From an uncultured Gemmatimonadaceae bacterium (GTDB taxonomy: Bacteria; Gemmatimonadota; Gemmatimonadetes; Gemmatimonadales; GWC2-71-9): a stretch of 43,895 nucleotides of DNA. Positions 26,824 through 33,577 of this stretch are shown here, piece by piece (position 1 is the stretch's first letter; each line of letters begins with the position of its first letter). The position numbers and the translations under genes were made by a program. The stretch covers positions 1-43,895 of the forward strand of contig CAZVSO010000001.1 of assembly GCA_964629425.1 (NCBI GenBank), written 5' to 3'. The notes beneath the pieces are model-generated. The model ran no database searches, was not told the DNA's origin, and saw only the letters and a program-made list of their open reading frames with translations.

Positions 26824-27663
26824 GTCGAGGCGCCTGACCGGCACGCCGCCGTAGATCGCGCCGGTTTCGAGCGTCCGGTGCTTGGGGACGACGCTCAAGG
26901 CACCGACCTGAGTACCGGCGCCGATCTCGACACCGATGCCGATCACGCTGGCCGTGCCGATCGTCACGCCGGCCCCGAGGCGTACGGGAGCGGTGCACAC
27001 GACCCCTCCCTCGACGACGTGTCCGGAGAGGTGCACGTCCGAGCCGACGACGACCTGATCGCCGAAGTCGAGCAGGTTGTGATCCATGAGCGAGATGCTG
27101 TTGATGAACACGCCGCGTCCCACACGCGCGCCGTTCAGCCGATGATACCAGGTCCAGAGCGGGGTGGCGCGCAGCACCGTGCCGGCGAAGATCCGCACGA
27201 AGTGCGTGGACACCAGGTAGCGGCCCCAGTCGAGCAGGGGCCACTCGAGATCGGCGATGCGCAGCTCGGCCTTCGCCGGCGTGCGCCAGCCCAGGAGCCG
27301 CATCGCGCCGGCGGAGAGCACCATGAGGAACAGCGCGAACAGCAGGTACGCCGGCACGATCGACATGGACAGGAGCACGATGCGGGCCCAACGGCCTAGC
27401 AGGCTCGTCGGGAGACTCCAGTGAAGGTGCCCCTCCCAGAACAGCACGGCGGGCAGCGCGGAGAGGCCGAAGAGCGCACTCTCCACGGCGAACGCGGAGA
27501 CCACGGCCCAGCACACGCGGCCCGTCCGGGCCAGGCGGCCCGCACGCCGTCCGGACCGCGGATCGAGGTGACGGGCGAAGGGCCGCCGCTCGTGTTCGTC
27601 CCCGGTATGGACGGCACGGGCCGGCTGTTCTATCGCCAGGTGCCACTCCTGGCCGGACGCCAT
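26803..27663 (-). CDS. Membrane-anchored left-handed beta-helix (hexapeptide-repeat) acyltransferase-like protein
   Basis: Three or so N-terminal TM helices, then hexapeptide repeats (VGRGVFINS, GDQVVVGSDVHLSGH, LGAGVTIGTASVIGIGVEIGAGTQVGA). ATG 27663 is the only canonical start upstream of TM1. The rest of track ORF 26803..28224 is a shadow of the hydrolase. Confidence 0.6.
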   Translation of the reverse strand: MASGQEWHLAIEQPARAVHTGDEHERRPFARHLDPRSGRRAGRLARTGRVCWAVVSAFAVESALFGLSALPAVLFWEGHLHWSLPTSLLGRWARIVLLSMSIVPAYLLFALFLMVLSAGAMRLLGWRTPAKAELRIADLEWPLLDWGRYLVSTHFVRIFAGTVLRATPLWTWYHRLNGARVGRGVFINSISLMDHNLLDFGDQVVVGSDVHLSGHVVEGGVVCTAPVRLGAGVTIGTASVIGIGVEIGAGTQVGALSVVPKHRTLETGAIYGGVPVRRLDEAAAGR

Positions 27664-28293
27664 CGAGTGGCAACGTACGCGCTGCGGGACGACGCCGGGG
27701 CCATGGGGGTGCTGGTCGACGACCTGGCCGCCGTCGTCCGGCGAGTATCCGGCGGGGGCGGGCCGGCGGTCGTGATCGGGGAGTCGTTCGGGGGCGCCGT
27801 GGCGCTCAGCTTTGCGCTCGCCCATCCGTCGCTCGTGGCCGCGCTCGTCGTGCTCAACTCGTTTCCGCGGTTCTTGCCCCAGGGACGCCTGGACCTCGCC
27901 CTCTGGGCGCTGCGCGCCATGCCCTGGAACGCGATGGGCCTGGTGCGGCGCCTGACCGCCTTCCGGCTCCACTCGACGTACACGCACCATACAGAGATCC
28001 GGCGCTTCCTGGATCTGATGGCCGACACCACCCGGGACGGATATCTCGGCCGCCTCCGGATGCTGAGGGACTACGACGTGCGCGAGCGATTGCGGGAGAT
28101 CCGCGTGCCCACGCTGTTTCTCGCCGCCGGGCGCGACCATCTGGTGCCTTCCGTGGAGCAGGCCCGTTACATGGCCGCCCGAGTGCCCGGCGCGAGCATG
28201 CGGACGCTTCCGGGCCACGGGCACATCTGCCTTGTCGCGCCGGACGTCGACCTGGAGCGCATCCTCGCCGAATGGCGGCCGCCGGGCAGCTGA
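27568..28293 (+). CDS. Alpha/beta-fold hydrolase
   Basis: PPLVFVPGMDGTG oxyanion region, nucleophile elbow GESFGGA, and C-terminal GHGH. GTG 27568 is proposed because the upstream part of ORF 27421 is antisense to the TM region of the acyltransferase. Confidence 0.7.
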   Translation: MTGEGPPLVFVPGMDGTGRLFYRQVPLLAGRHRVATYALRDDAGAMGVLVDDLAAVVRRVSGGGGPAVVIGESFGGAVALSFALAHPSLVAALVVLNSFPRFLPQGRLDLALWALRAMPWNAMGLVRRLTAFRLHSTYTHHTEIRRFLDLMADTTRDGYLGRLRMLRDYDVRERLREIRVPTLFLAAGRDHLVPSVEQARYMAARVPGASMRTLPGHGHICLVAPDVDLERILAEWRPPGS

Positions 28294-28378
28294 CCCTGTA
28301 CCTCACCCCCTGGCCCCCTCTCCCTGCCGGGAGAGGGTGAACGGGTTGCCGCCGCCATCCAAGGCTGGGGCGTGCCCC

Positions 28379-28441
28379 GTGAAACGGGAGTGAAGGGCGC
28401 ATGAGGTGAAGGCGTTCACCCGTGCCTCAGCGCGGCTTCAC
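28379..28441. promoter_or_regulatory. Composite cluster of GTGAA/TTCAC pentamers upstream of archease
   Basis: GTGAA at 28379, 28390 (11-bp phasing) and 28406, with a further copy at 28337 outside this span. TTCAC at 28415 and 28437 (22-bp phasing). The last element starts 30 nt before ATG 28467. The TTCAS-N17-TTCAS geometry and distance match those upstream of the response regulator at 40258. Confidence 0.4.
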
Positions 28442-28466
28442 CCGGTGGGTCGCACGTTACAGCGAG

Positions 28467-29006
28467 ATGAATGCCTCCTTCGAAGTCCTCGAGCATACCG
28501 CCGAGGTGAAGCTGCGCGTGCGCGGGCCGTCGCTGGGAGCGCTGGCGGCGGAGGCGGGTCGTGCGCTCGCCCGGATCGAGCTGGGCGACGCAGCGCCCCC
28601 GGCCAGCGGGGGGTGGCGGCGCGTGGAGCTGAAATCTCGGGACCGTGACGCGCTGCTGGTCGACTGGCTGAACGAGCTCATCTATCTGGCCGAGGCTGAG
28701 CGGTGGGTCGGGGTGGAGTTCCTGGTGGACTCGGCGAGCGATACCGCGCTGACGATGCTCGCCCGGGGCGTGCCGGTCGCCGAGGCGCCCGCCCGAGTCA
28801 AGGCCGCGACGTTCCACGGCCTTCACGTCGCCGACCGGCCCGATGGTCTCGAGGCCGAGATCTTTGGGGTGCCATCGAGTGGGCGCGTTTCAAGGAGATC
28901 GTGCGCGAGCTGCCCGAGGTGGGCGAGGCGGTGGTCATCGCAGGCGCGTGAGGAAGGGCCACTAGTGGAACCGGAGGGGTCAGCGAGATGGCACACAAGC
29001 AGGTGA
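28467..29006 (+). CDS. Archease (RtcB-type ligase/methyltransferase accessory protein) with aberrant C-terminal extension
   Basis: MNASFEVLEHTAEVKLRVRG...LLVDWLNELIYL...VKAATFHGLHV...LEAEI matches archease end to end. The last ~50 aa are Arg/Ser-rich and run through a duplicated intergenic segment. Confidence 0.7.
   Translation: MNASFEVLEHTAEVKLRVRGPSLGALAAEAGRALARIELGDAAPPASGGWRRVELKSRDRDALLVDWLNELIYLAEAERWVGVEFLVDSASDTALTMLARGVPVAEAPARVKAATFHGLHVADRPDGLEAEIFGVPSSGRVSRRSCASCPRWARRWSSQAREEGPLVEPEGSARWHTSR
28953..29002 (+). repeat. Copy 1 of the duplicated HPF-CSD stop / SD / groEL start junction
   Basis: GAAGGGCCACTAG + 8 nt + GAGGGGTCAGCGAG + ATGGCACACAAGCAG. Compare with 31911..31951. Confidence 0.7.
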
Positions 29007-30199
29007 CGTTCCACCGAGGCGGGCCTCCTCAGCGAGGAGGTGTAAACAGGCCGGCGGAGCCGGCGGCACCGGGGATCCCCCTCCGTCTCACCGGCCTGCT
29101 GCGCCGCGGCCCGGACATCGTCTCGTGCTATCTCCGGCTCGAGCCCGAGGACCGCCAGGGCAAGCGGTACCTGCTGGAGCTGAAGGAGGCCGTGTCCGGG
29201 GTCAAGGAGACGCTGGCACGGCTCGCGCGCGAGCCGTGCCAGGGCGTCGAGCGGGACTTGGAGCGCATCATCACCTACGCCGCCCAAGTCGCCAACCTGC
29301 CTCGCACTCGCGGGGTCGCGATTTTCGCCTGCGGCGCGCTGAAGCTGTTCCAGGCGGTCCCGCTGCCGCGGGTCACCCGCACCCGCCTCAGGCTCGACTT
29401 GGTTGCCCACCTGCAGGAGCTGGCGGAGGTACAGCGGGAGTTCGGGACCGTCATCGCCGTGGTTCTCGATCGCGCGCATGCGCGCTTCTTCGAGGTGTCG
29501 GCGCTCGGGGCCGGGGAGCTGCCCTGCATGCGCCCGCCGGCCATGCGGGGCGGCAAGTTCCACGGCGATCCGGAGGGCGCCCCCGGCTGGGGAGAGGCGG
29601 ACTACCATCGCCGGATTCGGGAGGAGCGGCATCGTCACTATGCTGCCGTGGCGCGACAGCTCGAACGCCTCGACGGTCGCGCGGGCGCTGCCCAGCTGTT
29701 CCTGGCCGGGCCGGGACCGGTGGCCACGGAGTTCGGGCGATTCCTCCCACCGGCGCTGGCGGGACAGGTCGTCGGCACGGCACGACTGAACCCGACCGAG
29801 GTCACTCCGGCCGCGGTCTATGCGGCCGTGCTGGCGGCCCGGGCGCCCCAGGAGGCGGCCGCCGAGCGAGCGCTGGTCGCGGCGCTGGAGGAGGGGCTGG
29901 GCACGGGTTGGGCGGTGAACGGAGTCCGGCCCACGCTGGGCGCGCTGGCCCGCGGCCAGGTGCGTACCCTACTCTTGAGGCCCGACGTGAGCGGCGGGGG
30001 GTTCCGCTGCGGCGCCTCTGGCCCGCTGGCCCAGTCGCGCGCCGAGTGCCGCGGCGCGGGCGACGTGCTGCCGGTTTCCGATCTCGTAGGAGCGGCCATC
30101 GAGGACGCGCACCGGCAGGGCTCGAGCGTGAGCCTGATCCACCAGCCTGCCGAGGCGGCCCGGATCGAGGGGCTGGCGGCGCTGCTCCGGTTTCGCTGA
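28988..30199 (+). CDS. Bacterial eRF1/Pelota-like (baeRF-type) protein
   Basis: 403 aa. The C-terminal third resembles eRF1/Pelota domain 3 (WAVNGVRPTLGALARGQVRTLLLRPD ... Cys pair ... DLVGAAIEDAHRQGSSVSLI ... IEGLAALLRF). The N-terminus (IVSCYLRLEPED...) is like bacterial release-factor-like families. GGAGGGG SD upstream. Confidence 0.6.
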   Translation: MAHKQVTFHRGGPPQRGGVNRPAEPAAPGIPLRLTGLLRRGPDIVSCYLRLEPEDRQGKRYLLELKEAVSGVKETLARLAREPCQGVERDLERIITYAAQVANLPRTRGVAIFACGALKLFQAVPLPRVTRTRLRLDLVAHLQELAEVQREFGTVIAVVLDRAHARFFEVSALGAGELPCMRPPAMRGGKFHGDPEGAPGWGEADYHRRIREERHRHYAAVARQLERLDGRAGAAQLFLAGPGPVATEFGRFLPPALAGQVVGTARLNPTEVTPAAVYAAVLAARAPQEAAAERALVAALEEGLGTGWAVNGVRPTLGALARGQVRTLLLRPDVSGGGFRCGASGPLAQSRAECRGAGDVLPVSDLVGAAIEDAHRQGSSVSLIHQPAEAARIEGLAALLRFR

Positions 30200-30201
30200 G
30201 C

Positions 30202-30309
30202 GAGGCGATCGTCACCGATTTCGGCATCGCCAAGGCCGTGAGCGCCGCCGCCGGCGCCGGCGCCGCTGCGCACTCCGCCACCGCGACCATCCTGACGCTC
30301 CGCACCTGA
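30202..30309 (+). pseudogene. Possible relic of a Hanks-type Ser/Thr kinase (subdomain VII fragment only)
   Basis: The frame reads AIVTDFGIAKAVSAAAG...TILTLRT then stop. VTDFGIAKA is the kinase DFG/activation-loop signature. There is no upstream kinase body. Confidence 0.25.
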
Positions 30310-30321
30310 AGCACCGATGAA
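30306..30321. promoter_or_regulatory. Degenerate CTGAA-N6-ATGAA phased repeat upstream of the dodecin operon
   Basis: CTGAAGCACCGATGAA(AGC) resembles GTGAAGGCCGTGTGAA(AGC) at 25098. Orientation is opposite to the six best sites. A TTCATTCAC element lies at 30366..30374. Confidence 0.3.
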
Positions 30322-30432
30322 AGCCGGATGAGCCCAAGGGATGTTGTCCGAGAGCTCAGGCTGGCTTCATTCACGGCCACCGAGATTCAGGCGGTGAGTG
30401 GAGTCAGCACGCCGAATCCCGCGGAGGGCCCT

Positions 30433-30645
30433 GTGAGTACCATCGTCAAGGTCGTCGAGATCATCGCCCAGTCCGACAAGGGCTTCTCGGAAGCCGTGAG
30501 CAACGCGGTCCGGGAGGTGGGCAAGACGGTGCACGACATCAAGTCCGTATGGGTCGACAATTTCACGTGCAGCGTGGAGAAGGGCGCCGTCATCCAGTAC
30601 CGCGCCAACGTGAAGGTTTCCTTCCTCGTCGAAGGGCACAAATGA
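30433..30645 (+). CDS. Dodecin (small flavin-binding/storage protein)
   Basis: 70 aa from GTG 30433 (GGAGGG SD 4 nt upstream): VKVVEIIAQSDKGFSEAVSNAVREVGKTVHDIKSVWVDNF...YRANVKVSF. The longer track ORF start at 30328 adds non-protein-like sequence. Confidence 0.75.
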   Translation: MSTIVKVVEIIAQSDKGFSEAVSNAVREVGKTVHDIKSVWVDNFTCSVEKGAVIQYRANVKVSFLVEGHK

Positions 30646-31340
30646 TCACGGGCAACCTGCCGGACGGTCTGCCGCAGCCGGTCGTCATCCCGGCGCGCGC
30701 GGTGCGGCTCGAGGGAACGCTGACGCTGCCCGGTTACCCGAAGGGCGTCGTGTTGTTCGCTCACGGGAGCGGGAGCTCGCGCTTGAGCCCCCGCAACCGC
30801 TTCGTCAGCGACGTGCTGGTAGCGGCGAACATCGGGACGTTGCTCTTCGATCTGTTGTCGGCGGGGGAGGCTGCGGAGCGGGCGAATGTGTTCGACATCC
30901 CGCTTCTTGCCGAGCGTCTCAGTCTGGCGACCCAATGGGTGGCCGCCTCCCCCGCCACGACGGGGCTGCCCCTCGGCTACTTCGGGGCGAGCACCGGGGC
31001 GGCCGCCGCTCTGGTAGCAGCCGCAGGCACGGAGAGCAGGATCGGCGCCGTCGTCTCGCGTGGCGGCCGACCGGATCTCGCGGGCGACGCGCTGTCGCGC
31101 GTCACGGCTCCGACCCTCCTGATCGTCGGGGGGCTGGACGTGGGCGTTCTCGAGCTGAATCGCGATGCGCTGGCGCGCCTCCGGGGTGAGAAGCAGCTCG
31201 CGATCGTGCCGGGAGCTACCCACCTATTCGAGGAGCGAGGGGCGCTCGAGGAGGTTGCGCGACTCGCCGCCGGTTGGTTTGGGCGCTACCTGGGCGCGGG
31301 CGAGCCCGCCGTCGCGGCGCCGGCCGGTGTCACGGAGTAA
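30642..31340 (+). CDS. Dienelactone hydrolase-like alpha/beta hydrolase
   Basis: VVLFAHGSGSSRLSPRN, nucleophile elbow GASTGAAAAL, GATHLF. ATGA overlap with dodecin. Confidence 0.85.
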   Translation: MITGNLPDGLPQPVVIPARAVRLEGTLTLPGYPKGVVLFAHGSGSSRLSPRNRFVSDVLVAANIGTLLFDLLSAGEAAERANVFDIPLLAERLSLATQWVAASPATTGLPLGYFGASTGAAAALVAAAGTESRIGAVVSRGGRPDLAGDALSRVTAPTLLIVGGLDVGVLELNRDALARLRGEKQLAIVPGATHLFEERGALEEVARLAAGWFGRYLGAGEPAVAAPAGVTE

Positions 31341-31377
31341 GAATCGGGAGACGGGAGAGGGGAGAGGGGGGAAGCCT

Positions 31378-31923
31378 GTGCAGCTGCCGCTGCAGATCGC
31401 GGTGCGGAACACCACGTTGAGCGAGCCCGCCAGGGAGTTGATCCGCAAGTATGCCGCGAAGCTCGAGCTGTTCTTCGATCGGATCACCGCGTGTCGGGTG
31501 ATGGTCGAGGTGCCGCAGCGCTACCCGGTGGGCGAGCCGGTCGTGTACAACGTTCGGCTGGACATCACGGTCCCGGGTGAGGAGATCGTGGTGAGTCGCC
31601 AGCCGCATGTCGAGCTCGAGACGGCGATCCAGGAATCGTTCGACGCCGCTGGCCGCCGGCTGCAGGACTACGTGCGGCGCCTGCGCGGCCAGGTCAAGCA
31701 CCACGAGGGTTCGGGCTACGGCGTCGTGGCGGAGCTGTTCCCGTACGAGGGCTACGGGTTCCTTCGGACGGGGGACGGTCGCGATATCTACTTCCACAGG
31801 AACAGCGTGCTCCGCGGGGCGTTCCACGCGCTCGAGGTGGGGACGGCGGTGCGGTTTGCCGAGGAGCCGGGAGAGCAGGGTCCGCAGGCGAGCACGGTGG
31901 TGGTGGCGAAGAAGGGCCACTAG
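31378..31923 (+). CDS. Ribosome hibernation factor (HPF/RaiA S30AE domain) fused to a C-terminal cold-shock (CSD/OB) domain
   Basis: The N-terminal ~105 aa are HPF-like ([31 protein letters not shown]...[19 protein letters not shown]). The C-terminus is [20 protein letters not shown]...[16 protein letters not shown] start is preceded by a GGAGAGGGGGG purine tract. Confidence 0.8.
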   Translation: MQLPLQIAVRNTTLSEPARELIRKYAAKLELFFDRITACRVMVEVPQRYPVGEPVVYNVRLDITVPGEEIVVSRQPHVELETAIQESFDAAGRRLQDYVRRLRGQVKHHEGSGYGVVAELFPYEGYGFLRTGDGRDIYFHRNSVLRGAFHALEVGTAVRFAEEPGEQGPQASTVVVAKKGH

Positions 31924-31951
31924 GAGGGTCGGCGCCATGGCACACAAGCAG
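31911..31951 (+). repeat. Copy 2 (native context) of the HPF-CSD stop / SD / groEL start junction
   Basis: GAAGGGCCACTAG + GAGGGTCGGCGCC + ATGGCACACAAGCAG. The 13-mer encodes the KGH-stop of the HPF-CSD gene and the 15-mer encodes MAHKQ of GroEL. Confidence 0.7.
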
Positions 31952-33556
31952 ATCCTGTTCCGCGCGGCCGCGCGGGAGAAGGTGCTCCGCGGAGCCACGG
32001 CGCTGGCCGACGCGGTGCGCATCACCCTGGGCCCGAAGTCGAAGTGCGTGCTGATCGAGCAAAAGTGGGGCGCGCCGCTGGTATGCAACGACGGCGTCAC
32101 CATCGCGAAGGAGGTGGACCTCAAGGACGCCGGGGAGAACCTCGGCGCCCAGGTGCTGCGCGAGGCGGCGGCGCGCACGGGAGAGGCCGTGGGCGACGGC
32201 ACCACGACGGCGACGTTGCTGGCGCACGCCATCTTCGCCGAAGGGCTGCGGAACATCGCGGCGGGGGCGAGCGCGATTGACCTGAAGCGAGGGCTCGATC
32301 GCGGCGTGCGGGTGGCGGTCGAGGCGCTGCGGCGTCTCTCCCGGCCCGTGAAGAGCCGGCGCGAGAAGGCGCAGGTTGGCACGATCTCGGCGCACAACGA
32401 TACCACCATCGGCGAGCTCGTCGCCGACGCGGTGGAGCGGGTGGGCGCCGAGGGCGTCATCACCGTGGAGGAGGCGAAGGGTACCGAGACCGCGCTCGAA
32501 GTGGTCGAGGGGCTGCAGTTCGACCGGGGCTACCTGTCCCCCTACTTCGTAACAGATCCGGCCAAGATGGAAGCGGTGCTCGAGGACCCGATGATCCTGC
32601 TCCATGAGAAGCGGATCGGCGCGATGAAGGATCTGCTCCCATTGCTGGAGCAGGTGGCCAAGGCCGGCCACTCGCTGCTCATCGTGGCGGAGGATGTCGA
32701 GGGCGAGGCGCTCGCCACCCTGGTGGTCAACAAGCTCCGGGGCACACTCGCGTCCGTAGCCGTGAAGGCGCCGGGGTTCGGCGACCGTCGCAAGGCGATT
32801 CTCGAGGACGTGGCGATCCTGGCGGGCGGCCGCTTGATCGCCGAGGAAGTCGGGCTGCGGCTGGAGCACGTGACACCCGCCGAGCTGGGCTCGGCGAAGC
32901 GGGTGGTCGTGGGTCGTGAGACGACGACGATCATCGGCGGCGCCGGCCAGAAAGACGCGATCACCGGACGCTGCGCCGACCTCCGCACGCAGATCGAGAA
33001 GGCGACGTCCGACTACGACCGCGAGAAACTCGAGGAGCGGCTGGCCAAGCTGGCGGGTGGTGTGGCGGTGATCCGGGTCGGCGCGCCGTCGGAGACGGAG
33101 CTGAAGAGCCGCCGCGAGGCGTTCGAGGACGCGATCAACGCCACCAAGGCGGCGATCGCCGAAGGGATCGTGCCCGGTGGCGGGCTCGCCCTGCTGCGGG
33201 CGATCGATGCCGTCGAGCGCGAGGCCGGGCGCTGCGCGGGGGACGAAGCCACGGGGATGCGTATCCTGCGCCGGGCCCTGGAAACGCCCACCCGGCAGAT
33301 CGCGGAGAACTCGGCCGCCGATGGCGGTGTCGTCGTCGAGCGGATGCGCTCCGGCAGCGGCAACTTCGGCTTCGACGCCGCGCGCGGCGAGTACGTGGAC
33401 CTCGTCGAGGCGGGGATCATCGATCCAACCAAGGTCGTGCGCGTCGCCCTGGAGAACGCCGTGTCCGTGGCGAGCGTGTTGCTCCTGACGGAAGCCACCC
33501 TCACCGAGTTGCCGGAGCCGAAGGCCGAGGCGCGGGCCACCGCCGAAGAGCTGTGA
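31937..33556 (+). CDS. groEL: Chaperonin GroEL (Cpn60) paralog without adjacent GroES
   Basis: [45 protein letters not shown] and GIVPGGG all match GroEL. The C-terminus lacks the GGM repeats. Confidence 0.95.
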   Translation: MAHKQILFRAAAREKVLRGATALADAVRITLGPKSKCVLIEQKWGAPLVCNDGVTIAKEVDLKDAGENLGAQVLREAAARTGEAVGDGTTTATLLAHAIFAEGLRNIAAGASAIDLKRGLDRGVRVAVEALRRLSRPVKSRREKAQVGTISAHNDTTIGELVADAVERVGAEGVITVEEAKGTETALEVVEGLQFDRGYLSPYFVTDPAKMEAVLEDPMILLHEKRIGAMKDLLPLLEQVAKAGHSLLIVAEDVEGEALATLVVNKLRGTLASVAVKAPGFGDRRKAILEDVAILAGGRLIAEEVGLRLEHVTPAELGSAKRVVVGRETTTIIGGAGQKDAITGRCADLRTQIEKATSDYDREKLEERLAKLAGGVAVIRVGAPSETELKSRREAFEDAINATKAAIAEGIVPGGGLALLRAIDAVEREAGRCAGDEATGMRILRRALETPTRQIAENSAADGGVVVERMRSGSGNFGFDAARGEYVDLVEAGIIDPTKVVRVALENAVSVASVLLLTEATLTELPEPKAEARATAEEL

Positions 33557-33577
33557 CCGGCGGGCCGCGGCAAACGC

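Noticed and set aside
30328-30432. N-terminal 35-aa extension of the dodecin ORF (track start 30328)
   Set aside because: Dodecins are about 70 aa. A GTG with a GGAGGG SD at 30433 gives exactly that length, and the extension has no protein-like features.
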